NCBI GenBank assembly: GCA_963754925.1
Contig: CAVWHX010000003.1
Coordinates: 1-64,000 of the forward strand
Direction: 5' to 3'
Source: an uncultured delta proteobacterium
GTDB lineage: Bacteria > Myxococcota > B64-G9
Length of the DNA stretch: 64,000 nucleotides
The notes below the pieces were generated by a model. The model saw nothing but the letters and a program-made list of their open reading frames with translations, had not been told where the DNA came from and did not search any database. Positions 10,805-21,726 of the stretch are shown piece after piece. The translations under genes were made by a program, and so were the position numbers. Each line of letters opens with the position of its first letter. Position 1 is the stretch's first letter.

Positions 10805-13219
10805 ATGACCCTGCACGCGAGTACGGAACTACGACAGGTTCTGCTCGAGGCGGAGGACATCGCTAACCAAACGAGTCAGCGCATGACCACCGCCCATTTG
10901 TTGCTGGCCCTGTTTACGGTCCAGAACCGGGCCGAGATCCTTCTCAAAGAAAAAAAGATAAACGAAGACATTTTGTTGGCGCAGGTGCACACGGTTGAAG
11001 GCGAGCCGCCCGAAACCGTGCGCGAAGCCCAGCTCAAAGCCCGCCAGATAGCCGTCGGCTGCGGAGCGCTGGCCGTCGACTCGTTGCATATTCTGATCGC
11101 GCTCTGCGGTATGCGCGAAAGCTTGGCCTATGATTTGCTGCACCGCAGCGGCTTGAGCATCCCGAAGTTTCGCAACCAGGCCCTTTCGTATATCACCTCG
11201 CGCATGCCACGATTCCTGACGGTCAAGCAGCGCAAGCCTCCGGTCGCGCCGTCGACGTTCCCGGTCGTCTCCAGCGCTCCGGCAATTGAGATCGATTCGC
11301 TCGCGCCGAATGAAGAACCCGATGACGCAGATCAGGATGAGAGCGCGGTCGAGGCGCGTGGCGTACCGCACGTCGCCGAGAAGACCGACCGAGCGCCCTC
11401 AAGCATGCCTGCCTCCCCGGTCACGCGTTACGATCTCGACCCGGCACGCTTTCCCCTGTTACACAAGATCAGCCGCAATATCACCGCCCTGGCCGCCGCG
11501 GACCGGATCGATCCCTTGGTCGGGCGCGAACGCGAAGTCGACGAGGTCATCGACACCCTGCTCAAGCGCCGGGCCAATAACCCGATGCTGGTCGGCGAGC
11601 CCGGGGTCGGCAAAACCGCCATCGTCGAGGGGTTGGCGCTGCGCATTGTTCAAGGAGCGTCCGATGTGGCCAAGCTCGCGGACCGACGCATCATCGAGCT
11701 TGACGTGGCGAGCCTTCTGGCCGGCACCCAGTTGCGCGGGGCGTTCTCCGAGAAACTGCAACAAATCCGCCACGAGGTGCACGCAGCCAACGGTTCGGTG
11801 ATCGTATTCTTTGACGAGATCCACACCCTGATCGGCGCGGGTTCCACCGGCGAAGGGCCGCAGGACGCCGCCAACGAACTTAAATCGTCTCTCGCGCGCG
11901 GGGAGTTTCCCTGTATCGGCGCCACCACCTATGACGAGTACCGGCGCTTCATAGAGTCCGACCCGGCGCTTGCGCGTCGCTTTCAATTGATCCAGGTGCC
12001 CGAGCCCTCGCCGGATGAAACCCTGTGCATTCTGCAGGGTGTCGCCGAGGAGTATGCCGAGCACCACGGCGTCTCCTACGATCCGACGGCATTGGAGGCG
12101 GCCGTGCACCTGTCCTCGCGGTATCTGACCGACCGCTGCCTGCCGGACAAGGCCATCTCATTGTTGGATCTGGCCGGCTCACGGGCGCGCCGGTTGGGCA
12201 AGGAACGCGTGGACCGCGAGAGTGTGGCGCGGGTGGTGTCGGCCGTTGCGCACGTCCCGGTCGAACGGCTGCTCATGACCGACGCGGAGCGCCTGCTCAA
12301 CATGGAACAGATTCTCGGTCTGCAGCTAATCGGCCACACCGCGGTCGTTCGCTCGATCGCCAAGGTCATCCGACGCAACTACGCCGGCTTCGCCCATCGC
12401 CGACCGATAGGTTCTTTTTTATTCGTCGGCCCGACCGGCGTCGGCAAAACCGAGTGCTGCCGGGCGCTGGCTCAGTTCATGTTCGGCAACCGGGATGCGC
12501 TGGTAAAACTAGACATGAGCGAATACGTCGAGTCGCACACGGTTAGCCGGCTCGTGGGCTCGCCGCCCGGCTACGTCGGCTATCAGGAAGGCGGCCAACT
12601 CACCGAAGCGGTGCGGCGGCGCCCCTACACCATCGTCGTGTTCGACGAGGTGGAAAAGGCTCACCCGGATGTCCACCAACTGCTCTTACAGATTCTTGAT
12701 GACGGCCGTCTGACCGACGCCCGCGGCCGCACGGTCGACTTCACCAACTGTGTGGTCATCCTCACCTCGAATCTGGGCTGCGAAAAGCTCGGCCGGCCCG
12801 AGCCTCCCCGTATTGGATTTGCCGCGGGTGATGTCGCCTCCGAGTTGTCCTCGGGCGTCATGGCTGAGGTCCGCCGCAGCTTCCCGCCCGAGCTGTGGAG
12901 TCGGCTGGAGGAGCATCTCTTCTTTAGACCGCTGGATCGCGAAGACTTGGCCGCTATCGCAGGGCTGCTTATCAAGGAATCCGGTGGCCGCCTTCACGGC
13001 GAGCGCGGGATGACGCTGCAGGCCGACGCCAATGTCCCGCGCCACCTGGTCGAGCACGGATGCATGGATATGACGCTCGGGGCGCGGCCACTACGCGCCG
13101 CCGTGCGCCACCTGATCGAAGAGCCACTGGCCGAGGCAATCCTGTCCGGGCAGTTCGGCCGGGGAGATTCAATCCATATCTCACTCAAAGATAAAGAAAT
13201 TCAATTCGCCAAGGTCTGA
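10805..13219 (+). CDS. ClpA/ClpC-type AAA+ chaperone subunit
   Basis: Clp N-domain, Walker A motifs GEPGVGKT and [22 protein letters not shown], and an IGF ClpP-docking loop. Confidence 0.9.
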   Translation: MTLHASTELRQVLLEAEDIANQTSQRMTTAHLLLALFTVQNRAEILLKEKKINEDILLAQVHTVEGEPPETVREAQLKARQIAVGCGALAVDSLHILIALCGMRESLAYDLLHRSGLSIPKFRNQALSYITSRMPRFLTVKQRKPPVAPSTFPVVSSAPAIEIDSLAPNEEPDDADQDESAVEARGVPHVAEKTDRAPSSMPASPVTRYDLDPARFPLLHKISRNITALAAADRIDPLVGREREVDEVIDTLLKRRANNPMLVGEPGVGKTAIVEGLALRIVQGASDVAKLADRRIIELDVASLLAGTQLRGAFSEKLQQIRHEVHAANGSVIVFFDEIHTLIGAGSTGEGPQDAANELKSSLARGEFPCIGATTYDEYRRFIESDPALARRFQLIQVPEPSPDETLCILQGVAEEYAEHHGVSYDPTALEAAVHLSSRYLTDRCLPDKAISLLDLAGSRARRLGKERVDRESVARVVSAVAHVPVERLLMTDAERLLNMEQILGLQLIGHTAVVRSIAKVIRRNYAGFAHRRPIGSFLFVGPTGVGKTECCRALAQFMFGNRDALVKLDMSEYVESHTVSRLVGSPPGYVGYQEGGQLTEAVRRRPYTIVVFDEVEKAHPDVHQLLLQILDDGRLTDARGRTVDFTNCVVILTSNLGCEKLGRPEPPRIGFAAGDVASELSSGVMAEVRRSFPPELWSRLEEHLFFRPLDREDLAAIAGLLIKESGGRLHGERGMTLQADANVPRHLVEHGCMDMTLGARPLRAAVRHLIEEPLAEAILSGQFGRGDSIHISLKDKEIQFAKV

Positions 13220-13343
13220 TCACCGAGTGTTAGTGTTGGGGAGCGCTGGGAGACACCGAGCAGGGGGCCCCCCGCCGGCTGTGCGGCTTGGCTGCGCAGA
13301 ATCATCGTGACTTTTTCGATGACAAGCACCGCCGCGCCGCACG

Positions 13344-13388
13344 GGATAAGAGACTGTATGCCTCGCTTCGCTCGCTACAGTCTCTAAG
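13344..13388 (+). repeat. Dispersed hairpin element, copy 3
   Basis: GGATA-AGAGACTGTA-TGCCTCGCTTCGCTCGC-TACAGTCTCT-AAG, between convergent genes. Confidence 0.8.
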
Positions 13389-13434
13389 GATGCGAGGTGT
13401 CAGGACCCGGCGCGCACCTTTGCTAAAAATTACG

Positions 13435-14163
13435 TTACCGCCGTTTGCCGGTAAATCTGAGCATGTAGAGGAATAAGTTGATGAAGTCGAGGTAGAGAAT
13501 CAACGCGCCTTGGATCGCAATCTTCTTTCCCTGCTCCGAGCTTGCGTCGGTCTCCAGGCCCAGCCGTTTGATTTTTTGGGTGTCATAGGCGGTCAGCAAG
13601 GTAAAGATCAGCACACCAGCGTAGGTGCACACCCAATACAGCGTACTATTGGCCCAAAAGATATTCACGATGGATGCGATTATCAGGCCAAACAACCCCA
13701 TTATGGCAAAATGGCCGACGCCGGTCAGGTCGCGCTTGGTGAGATAGCCCCAGGCGCTCATGGCGCCGAAGGTCCCGGCCGTCACCAAGAAAGCCTGGGC
13801 GATCGATCCAAGCTCGTACAGCATGAAAAATATCGAAAACGTCACTCCATTGAGTACGGCGTAAAACAAAAAGAGCGCTGTCGCCGTGGCGGAGCTGATT
13901 CGATTGGCGGCCCACGACATGATCAGGACCAAGGCGAGCTCGCCAATCAGCAGCCCGTAAAAGATCATCGGGGTTTTCATCACCTCGATCCGAATGCTGT
14001 CCGGTATAAACATAGAAACCAGACCGGTAAGGGCCAGGCCGAGCGTCATCCAGCGGTAGACGGACCACAGTACGGCGTTATCGGCCGTAAGCGCCCGCTC
14101 GGCGCCGGAAAAACCACGAGGTTCCTCCATCGAACCACCAGGAAAATTGTTCATCATTGGCAT
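13435..14163 (-). CDS. Bax inhibitor-1/YccA (YbhL-like) membrane protein
   Basis: About 7 TM segments; TAYDTQKIK and GALILYLDFINLFL. Confidence 0.9.
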   Translation of the reverse strand: MPMMNNFPGGSMEEPRGFSGAERALTADNAVLWSVYRWMTLGLALTGLVSMFIPDSIRIEVMKTPMIFYGLLIGELALVLIMSWAANRISSATATALFLFYAVLNGVTFSIFFMLYELGSIAQAFLVTAGTFGAMSAWGYLTKRDLTGVGHFAIMGLFGLIIASIVNIFWANSTLYWVCTYAGVLIFTLLTAYDTQKIKRLGLETDASSEQGKKIAIQGALILYLDFINLFLYMLRFTGKRR

Positions 14164-14317
14164 CTAAAAACCTCCTTATAAATAGAATATTCAACCACAA
14201 ACAACCTGCTCTACCATCAATGACTCACATATATAACAGATTTACATCGGTGGAAATTTCTTTATTGAAAGGAATGAATTAGTCGGTGATCTGCATTGGG
14301 TTTATTTTTATCTTTCG

Positions 14318-14358
14318 AATTCGAGATACATAACTCGAATTGAATGGTTCGAATTGAA
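14318..14358. promoter_or_regulatory. Putative operator
   Basis: Perfect inverted repeat AATTCGAG-N8-CTCGAATT plus the direct repeat TCGAATTGAA x2, in an AT-rich divergent intergenic region. Confidence 0.4.
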
Positions 14359-14520
14359 CGACATTGCACCGTTCACGATTGAAATAAAACGGGCAACTAC
14401 TTGAAATTATAAGTGTCTTCCTCGTGGCCCAAAAGCTGCAGAAATAACCTTTCAACTTGTGGAGTATGCAGGATTATAAGAAGGAAACGATTCTGTTCAG
14501 GCGCCGTCAAGGAGGCAATC

Positions 14521-15100
14521 ATGGAGACAAACAAAGAAGGACGTCAAAAGCAGAGCAAACGGCATCTCAAACCGGCGGGCATGGCCGCCTGGGTCCTAGC
14601 TATGGCCGTCATCACCCTGTCCGCAGATGAGGCGCGGGCCGATGAATCGTCGGGAGACCGCGGCTACGATTTCGGCCTGGCGTTTACTGTCGGCGAGGGG
14701 ATGTACTTCATTCACGACCACACCTACCGCGGGCCGGTCAGCCTGGAGGTAGTGCCTTCCTTGGGGTGGAGCTGGTTCAAGCTGGATCTCGGGTTGTCAT
14801 CGACGCTCGAGAGCATCCGCATCGCCGGTACCCACGTTGGTGACTGGAACTTTACCTTCCGACCGGGCGGCCGGCTGACGCCGCCCTTTCTTCCGTTGTA
14901 TCTCCGGGCGGCGATCCCGCTCGAAATCCATCAGCACTCCTTCGAACTGGGGTGTGCTCTTCGGCCTCGGCGCCGACATCAAGCTCTTCTGGATCATCGG
15001 ATTAGTCATTGAAGTCGACACCACTCTCCAGAAGAACCTGAGCTGGGGTGGAGACGGCGTCCCCTTGGAGTTCAGGGCTGGGTTGAGCTTCCACAACTGA
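14521..15100 (+). CDS. Secreted small outer-membrane beta-barrel-like protein; frameshift ~14950
   Basis: AAGGAGG RBS, signal peptide (ADEARA) and alternating beta strands. The shifted frame continues GVLFGLGADIKLFW...EFRAGLSFHN*. Confidence 0.55.
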
Positions 15101-15131
15101 TCTGCCTCCGCATGGCATCTGGGCTCCTGTT

Positions 15132-15686
15132 ATGAAACGCGTACTGATCATCTCAATAATCACTCTATTCATGGTTTCATGGCTCTCTTGTAACCAAAGG
15201 TCTTATGCGCAGAAGGCCGATGACAAGAACTCCGGAGCCGCGCGGTACGCTCAGGAGCTACCCGATTTTTCCCTTCCGGATCCGGACGGCATAAAGCACA
15301 CGAAGAAGAGCGTCTTGAAAAATGGCGTCGTCTTCGTTGTTACCTCCCCGATCTTAAGCCAAAGCGATGAGCAGGAAGATTGGGCGAAGCTGCTCGCGGA
15401 CTCCCGGTCGGGCGCAAAGGCGCAGCTGATTTTTCTCGAGGACATGCAGCCCAGCAATTTCAAAGGTGAGGCCCGGAGCAGGATGAAAAAACAATTCAAG
15501 CCGGGCCAGGCGCTTCTTCTTCTTCTTGATGAGAAAGGAAAGCTCCGTCGAGCCTTGGAAGTGACGAAAGAGGATACGGTTGTCCTGGTCTACGACACGT
15601 ACGGCAAACTGATCCATGCGGAAAGCGGCAAACCAAGTCCAGAGCGCGCTTCGGCCATTTGGAAAAAGTTAAACGAAACGAAGTAG
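15132..15686 (+). CDS. Exported thioredoxin-fold/redoxin-like protein lacking a catalytic Cys motif
   Basis: Signal/lipoprotein N-terminus, LPDFSLPDPDG, LLLDEKG and VLVYDTYGKL; no CxxC. Confidence 0.55.
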   Translation: MKRVLIISIITLFMVSWLSCNQRSYAQKADDKNSGAARYAQELPDFSLPDPDGIKHTKKSVLKNGVVFVVTSPILSQSDEQEDWAKLLADSRSGAKAQLIFLEDMQPSNFKGEARSRMKKQFKPGQALLLLLDEKGKLRRALEVTKEDTVVLVYDTYGKLIHAESGKPSPERASAIWKKLNETK

Positions 15687-15870
15687 TATGGGGACGATTG
15701 GCTTCCCCGTCCCTCGATCCGATCCCGGTGTTTCGGCGCACGTGCAGTTTCTGATATCATGCTCCGCGAGGCTTCGGCCTCCCGGCGCGCTGCAATATCC
15801 GCCGTGAGATCCCCGTGTAATCGCGTTACCATTGATTTCTGTCAACGATGCCGATAGAACGGTTTCCCTG

Positions 15871-17898
15871 ATGACTGAGAGCGCCACCCCAACAAAGGGT
15901 TTTCTTGATCGTCTTCGAGCAATCGTCCTCCCCTGGCGCCGGCCGAAAGAGAGCGTCTACCGGTTTGGCCAAAACGCCATCCTTCTGGTCGGCAATCTCA
16001 AAGTCGGCAAGAGCACCCTGTTTTCGTACTATCTGGGCCGGGGGATCGAAAAGTTCACCTACCGCGGGACCGGGGTCGAGCTCACGTACGGCAACCTGAG
16101 CGGCGAGTCGGGCGGCCGATTGATCGACGCCCCGGGAATTTATTCGCTCTACGATCGGTCGGAGGACGCCTTTGTCGTGCGCGACCTTATCGTTCGGCGC
16201 CGGGTGGGCCGGGTGATCCTGATCCTGGACGCCAAAAATCTCAGGCGCTCGCTGCCGCTGGCGTTTCAGTTGGCCGAATTGCGCGTCCCGGTGGTCGTGG
16301 CCTTGAATATGGCTGATGAGGGCCGCCATCTCGGCGTGAAGGTGGACACCAACAAACTCGCTGCGCTTCTGGGAGTACCGGTCGTCTCCACCGTGGCGGT
16401 CGAGGGCCAAGGAGTCGCCGCGTTACGCCGGTCGCTGGCTCAAGCCAAACCAATTGCGCTGCATTTGGAACTCCCGCAGGATGAGCGGGAGACGATGAAA
16501 AAAATTGCTGCGCTGCTTGGGGGTTATGATGTGCAGGCAGAGGGCTTGGCCTACCTGCTTGCGCGGACGGTTCCCCGAACGCGCGAGGTCTTAGAAGATG
16601 AGGTCGAGCCCGAACGCCGGGCGGAGATCCTACGACAGCTTCCGGTGCAGGACTCCGCCAAGCTCGATCAACTGAGCCTTCAGGTATCCGAGCAGATGTT
16701 ACGCCAGGCCACGGAAATCGCCGCCCAAACCGTCGAGGAGCATCCACCAATCCGCACCGGGTGGTCGGAAAGGCTCGGCGTCTGGACTCGCCGGCCGCTG
16801 ACCGGCGTACCGATTGCCCTGGTCGTCCTGGCCCTTACGTACGGATTTGTCGGCTTCCTCGGCGCCGATGTGCTCGTTTCCCTGGTCGAGGGAAAACTGT
16901 TCGGCCAGGCGCTCATGCCGTTAATCCGGAACGTCGTTGGAGCAATCCCCTCGTCGTTTGTCCAACAGTTGCTGGTTGGTCAGTTCGGGCTTCTGTCCGT
17001 GGGAATCGTCCTGTCGATCGGCATCGTTCTCCCAGTTCTCGCAACATTCTTTGTGGCGTTTGCCGTGTTGGAGGATTCCGGTTACCTGCCGCGGCTCTCT
17101 ATCATAACGGACCGGCTCCTGCGGCGCATCGGTCTCAACGGCAAGGGTGCGTTACCGCTGATTATGGGTTTTTCTTGTGTAACCATGGCCATTCTGACCA
17201 CCCGTATGCTCGACACCCGCAAGCAGCGCATCCTGGCCACACTGCTTTTGGTTTCCGTGATTCCCTGCGCTCCGTTAATGGGAGTGATGATGGTGCTGCT
17301 CGTGCGCATGTCTCCCCTCGCCGCCGTCATCCTGTTCGGGGTGCTCATCTTCCAGTTTTTCCTGGTGGGTATGATAGGTAATCTGGTACTTCCCGGCGAA
17401 CGCAGCGACTTCGTTTTGGAACTGCCGCCGCTGCGGCCGCCGCAACTGCGCAACATCTTGCACAGAACCGGCCTGCAGCTCTTTTGGTTTTTCCGGGAAG
17501 CCATCCCGTACTTCTTGCTCGGGGCGCTGATACTTTTCACGCTCGAACAGCTCGGGGCGCTTCAAGCCCTTGAGACGGGACTGCGGCCCATCTTGGTCCG
17601 TTGGCTTGACCTGCCGCCCGAGGCCGCGGATGTTTTCCTCATGACGCTGATCCGCCGCGAAGCCGGCGCCAGCCTGCTGGTCGCGCAATATGACCGGGGA
17701 CTCTACGACGGGGTTTCCGTGCTGGTCACGTTGTTGATGATGAATTTGCTGGCCCCGTGCATCAACGCGTTGCTCGTGATGTTCAAGGAGCGCGGTGCTT
17801 GGGTCTCGAGTGCGATTCTGATAGGGATGATACCGTATGCGTTGGCGGTTGGATCGCTGGTCAACGCCCTCTGCCGGGGGTTTGGTTTGGTACTGTAG
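15871..17898 (+). CDS. feoB: Ferrous iron transporter B
   Basis: GTPase motifs GNLKVGKS, DAPGIYSL and ALNMAD; membrane motifs LEDSGYLPR, MGFSC and FVLELP. Confidence 0.9.
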   Translation: MTESATPTKGFLDRLRAIVLPWRRPKESVYRFGQNAILLVGNLKVGKSTLFSYYLGRGIEKFTYRGTGVELTYGNLSGESGGRLIDAPGIYSLYDRSEDAFVVRDLIVRRRVGRVILILDAKNLRRSLPLAFQLAELRVPVVVALNMADEGRHLGVKVDTNKLAALLGVPVVSTVAVEGQGVAALRRSLAQAKPIALHLELPQDERETMKKIAALLGGYDVQAEGLAYLLARTVPRTREVLEDEVEPERRAEILRQLPVQDSAKLDQLSLQVSEQMLRQATEIAAQTVEEHPPIRTGWSERLGVWTRRPLTGVPIALVVLALTYGFVGFLGADVLVSLVEGKLFGQALMPLIRNVVGAIPSSFVQQLLVGQFGLLSVGIVLSIGIVLPVLATFFVAFAVLEDSGYLPRLSIITDRLLRRIGLNGKGALPLIMGFSCVTMAILTTRMLDTRKQRILATLLLVSVIPCAPLMGVMMVLLVRMSPLAAVILFGVLIFQFFLVGMIGNLVLPGERSDFVLELPPLRPPQLRNILHRTGLQLFWFFREAIPYFLLGALILFTLEQLGALQALETGLRPILVRWLDLPPEAADVFLMTLIRREAGASLLVAQYDRGLYDGVSVLVTLLMMNLLAPCINALLVMFKERGAWVSSAILIGMIPYALAVGSLVNALCRGFGLVL

Positions 17899-17914
17899 AA
17901 CCAAGGAGTGAATC

Positions 17915-18571
17915 ATGGACCTACACCTTGTGGACGAGTGCCTCGAGGCGATTTGGACCTGTCGCGAGCATGGCGAGGAAACGCTCGACTGCGTCATGAA
18001 GGCCGTTCACCAGGGCTGCGACCGCGCGTTCTTCGACGCACTGGCTCAAAAGGGCATGGTGCGCCTGGATGAAAAATCAATTCGTTTCACGCCCACCGGA
18101 GAGCAGGCAGCGGCCGAGATTATCCGCAGCCACCGCCTTGCCGAACGGTTGCTCGTGGATGTTTTGGGACTTGGCGCGGAGTCCTACGAACAGGTCGCCT
18201 GCTCCTTCGAGCACGAGGTGGTTCCCGAGGTCGCCGATTCGATTTGCACCCTGCTCGGGCACCCCCGCGAGTGCCCCCACGGCCGATCCATCCCGCTCGG
18301 CAAGTGCTGTAAGGAGCGGCGCCAAGAAGTCACCCGAGCATTGATGGCGCTTTCCGAGGCGCCGATCGGCCGCGAGCTCAGAGTCGCCTACCTGCGTCCC
18401 AGCCATCACGATAGACTGCACCTGTTGCTTTCCATGGGCATCAATCCCGGAGTGCATCTGCGTTTGCACCAATACACGCCGGTCGTGATCGTGCAGGTAG
18501 GCCATTCCGAGTTCGCCCTCGATAACGACGTTGCGAAGGATATCTATGTTTGGATTGAACTCGAACGTTAG
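17915..18571 (+). CDS. DtxR/MntR-family metal-dependent regulator with C-terminal FeoA domain
   Basis: HRLAERLL, ACSFEH, LGHPRECPHG and a FeoA-like tail. Confidence 0.85.
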   Translation: MDLHLVDECLEAIWTCREHGEETLDCVMKAVHQGCDRAFFDALAQKGMVRLDEKSIRFTPTGEQAAAEIIRSHRLAERLLVDVLGLGAESYEQVACSFEHEVVPEVADSICTLLGHPRECPHGRSIPLGKCCKERRQEVTRALMALSEAPIGRELRVAYLRPSHHDRLHLLLSMGINPGVHLRLHQYTPVVIVQVGHSEFALDNDVAKDIYVWIELER

Positions 18572-18589
18572 GATGGCAACAGTTTCGGG

Positions 18590-19351
18590 TTAGTTTACGG
18601 ATTTCAGTAACGGCCGTAACTTGCGTTTGTTCTTTACCGGATCGACTCGGTCGATAATTTGTAACGTGGCCTGCGCTTTTTCGTTCCATCCGACGCGTTG
18701 ATAGAAACGAGCCAGGGCATCGAGCTGGTTGACATTTTGAGGATTGATGGCAGCCGCAGCCTTAAACTGAGCTTCCGCCTTTTCTAATTCTCCGGACTGC
18801 TCGTATAACACCGCGAGATACCGACGGCAGCCGAGGTAACTAGGTACCTCTCTGACTGCTTGTAAACACTGCTCAATTCCTTCGCTCTGACGGCCCTCCT
18901 CTACCAGCGCGGTCGCAAGCTGGAAGCGGGCTTCGGCCATGCTGCCGCGCAGCTCGACTGCCCGACGCAGCTCGTTGATTGCCTCCTGGCGACGCCCGCC
19001 TTCCAGAAGAAAAACCCCGTACCGGTAATGCGCGCGTGGGAGATCCTGTCCATAGTAAACGGCTTTTTGGAGTGCCTCAGAAATCGCTTCGCGGTCGTCG
19101 CCCAGCGCACCGTGTAGAGCGGCTATCTCAAGGTAGGGCAACGCCCAGCGCGGTGCGATATCGCGCACACGTTCGAAACGCTGCAGCGCGGCGCGCGCAT
19201 CGCCCTTCTCGGCGAGCTCCAATCCTTGTTTGAAAGAATCGAGCGCCGAACCGGTGGCGCTTTCGGGCTCCGTGGCTGGTTCGGGCGTAACGGCCCGCGC
19301 CAAACCAACAGCGATAAACATAACCAATAATCCGGTGAAGTTTCGTTTCAA
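18590..19351 (-). CDS. Exported TPR protein
   Basis: Signal peptide and TPR helical repeats. Confidence 0.75.
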   Translation of the reverse strand: MKRNFTGLLVMFIAVGLARAVTPEPATEPESATGSALDSFKQGLELAEKGDARAALQRFERVRDIAPRWALPYLEIAALHGALGDDREAISEALQKAVYYGQDLPRAHYRYGVFLLEGGRRQEAINELRRAVELRGSMAEARFQLATALVEEGRQSEGIEQCLQAVREVPSYLGCRRYLAVLYEQSGELEKAEAQFKAAAAINPQNVNQLDALARFYQRVGWNEKAQATLQIIDRVDPVKNKRKLRPLLKSVN

Positions 19352-19484
19352 TGGAGCATCCCTTTCAAATATTTTTTACCATATTTTCGTAGTGAGCGCC
19401 AAGATATGGGTACAAAACTAAGGTTTGGGTTGACAAGGTGGGGCCGGAACAGGCATGTTTTCACGAGAAGCAAGGAGTCCCCGC

Positions 19485-21131
19485 ATGACTGCTCACCCAC
19501 TCGCCGGCAAACCAGCCCCCAAAAGTGCCTTGGTCAACGTGGCGCGGTTGGTAAGCGCCTACTATACGCAGCAACCGGACGCGCGTCAGAACGAGCAGCG
19601 CGTGGTGTTCGGCACCTCGGGTCACCGCGGGTCGTCGTTTCGGGGTAGCTTTAATGAGGCGCATATCCTGGCCATCACCCAGGCTATCGTCCAGTACCGC
19701 TCTCAGCAGGGTATTGATGGACCGCTCTTCCTCGGCATGGACACCCATGCCTTGTCCGAGCCGGCGCACGCCACGGCCCTTGAAGTACTTGCCGCTAACG
19801 ACGTGACGGTCTTCGTAGACCGCACTCACGGGTACACTCCTACCCCGGTAATTTCTCACGCGATTTTGACGCACAACCGCGGCCGCACCTCGGGGCTGGC
19901 AGACGGTATCGGCATCACCCCCTCGCACAACCCACCCGAAGACGGCGGCTTCAAATACGACCCGCCCCACGGTGGTCCTGCCAATACCGAGGTAACCAGC
20001 GCCATAGAGCAGATGGCTAATAAGCTCCTCGAATCCGGCAATGCACAAGTAAAGCGCATCCCCTACGAGCGTGCGCTTTCCTTATCAAGCATTCAGCGCT
20101 ATGACTACCTCACGCCCTATATCACCGACCTGGCTCAGGTGGTGGACCTCGATGCCATTACCCATGCCGGTCTGGCCATTGGCGTTGACCCCATGGGCGG
20201 TTCGGGCATGGCGTTTTGGCAGCCAATGGCCGAGCGCTATGGCCTAACACTCGAGGTGGTCAACGACTCGCTCGACCAAACATTTTCTTTTATGACCTTG
20301 GACTGGGACGGGCGCATACGCATGGATTGTTCATCACCCTTTGCCATGGCGCGTTTGATCGCCATGAAAGACCGTTTTGATGTGGCCTTCGGCAATGACA
20401 CGGACTTCGACCGCCACGGGATCGTCACCCCCACAGCCGGGCTTCTCAATCCCAACCACTATCTGGCGACGGCAATTTGGTATCTATTCCAGAACCGGCC
20501 CAGTTGGAATACGCGCCCGGCGGTCGGCAAGACACTGGTGAGCAGCTCGATTATCGATCGCGTGGCCGATCATCTCAAACGCAAGCTGATTGAACTGCCG
20601 GTGGGGTTCAAGTGGTTTGTCGATGGGCTCTTGGACGGCTTGCTGGGTTTTGCCGGGGAAGAGAGCGCCGGAGCGTCGTTTCTGCGCCAGGACGGCACCG
20701 TCTGGACCACCGATAAGGACGGCTTCATCCTCGACTTGCTCGCCGCCGAGATAACCGCGCAGACCGGGAAAGATCCCGGCGCGATCTATGAGGACCTGAC
20801 CACCCAATTCGGCGCATCAGTCTACGAGCGCATTGATGCACCGGCTACCACGGCCCAAAAAAACCTTCTTCAGAAACTCTCCGCAGAGAACGTGAAAGCC
20901 CGCGAGCTTGCCGGAGAGAAGATTCTCGCCACGCTTACGAGAGCTCCTGGCAACGGCGCTCCCATCGACGGCCTCAAAGTGGTCGCCGCCAACGGGTGGT
21001 TCGCCGCCCGGCCCTCGGGAACCGAGGACGTCTACAAAATCTATGCCGAGAGCTTCCGCGGCAGGGAACACCTCGCCCGCATCCAGGAAGAAGCCCAGGC
21101 AATCGTGAGCGCCGCTATCAAAAACACTTAA
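19485..21131 (+). CDS. pgm: Phosphoglucomutase
   Basis: [28 protein letters not shown] and RPSGTE; AAGGAG RBS before ATG 19485. Confidence 0.95.
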   Translation: MTAHPLAGKPAPKSALVNVARLVSAYYTQQPDARQNEQRVVFGTSGHRGSSFRGSFNEAHILAITQAIVQYRSQQGIDGPLFLGMDTHALSEPAHATALEVLAANDVTVFVDRTHGYTPTPVISHAILTHNRGRTSGLADGIGITPSHNPPEDGGFKYDPPHGGPANTEVTSAIEQMANKLLESGNAQVKRIPYERALSLSSIQRYDYLTPYITDLAQVVDLDAITHAGLAIGVDPMGGSGMAFWQPMAERYGLTLEVVNDSLDQTFSFMTLDWDGRIRMDCSSPFAMARLIAMKDRFDVAFGNDTDFDRHGIVTPTAGLLNPNHYLATAIWYLFQNRPSWNTRPAVGKTLVSSSIIDRVADHLKRKLIELPVGFKWFVDGLLDGLLGFAGEESAGASFLRQDGTVWTTDKDGFILDLLAAEITAQTGKDPGAIYEDLTTQFGASVYERIDAPATTAQKNLLQKLSAENVKARELAGEKILATLTRAPGNGAPIDGLKVVAANGWFAARPSGTEDVYKIYAESFRGREHLARIQEEAQAIVSAAIKNT

Positions 21132-21149
21132 TTAACCATAATAACCCCA

Positions 21150-21686
21150 TCAGGGTTTGGTCCTATCGTTTTGCCAACGCCACAACAACCACGTAGCGCA
21201 GGCAAGCAACCCGAACCAACCGACGAAGTTTGTGATTCCGGCCACGGTGGTGTCGTGGGAAAGCGCGCCCCAGCGGCTGAATATGTTCGCCCAATCGTGC
21301 TCTCCCCCTCCGACGAGGGGAAGATTTCGAGCGCGCGCATCAGCCATGTACCGGGCTATGTTGAAGAAGTTTTCGAAAAACCAGGCGGCGGCAAGCGCAA
21401 ACGAAACCGGCTGACGCCTCAACCAAAAGGATCCCACGGCCACAGCCGGAAAAAACAGTTGCCCCAACGTACCGCCGTAAAGCTCTGCGGTGCTTCCCAG
21501 CAGACCAAAAAACAGGTGCCCAGCTTCGTGGAACGCCAGGTTGGCATAGTCAAGCACCGGGACAAAGCCTTTTTCGCTGACCAAAAGGAAAAGTACGAGA
21601 ATACCCATGCAAACCAGGGCGGAAATCAATTTTCCGTTGGTAACTTCCTCCCACGGATCAACGACTATTTTCACGATGCTCCCCAT
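21150..21686 (-). CDS. Membrane protein with HExxH motif (M50-like peptidase)
   Basis: FHEAGH, HDW and several TM helices. Confidence 0.65.
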   Translation of the reverse strand: MGSIVKIVVDPWEEVTNGKLISALVCMGILVLFLLVSEKGFVPVLDYANLAFHEAGHLFFGLLGSTAELYGGTLGQLFFPAVAVGSFWLRRQPVSFALAAAWFFENFFNIARYMADARARNLPLVGGGEHDWANIFSRWGALSHDTTVAGITNFVGWFGLLACATWLLWRWQNDRTKP

Positions 21687-21726
21687 GAACCATCCACGAC
21701 CATTATTCTATCGCAGAACCTATCGG

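Noticed and set aside
2246..13388. Hairpin elements as integron attC sites or simple terminators
   Set aside because: They lack the RYYYAAC...GTTRRRY arrangement, no integrase is present, and there are no poly-U tails.
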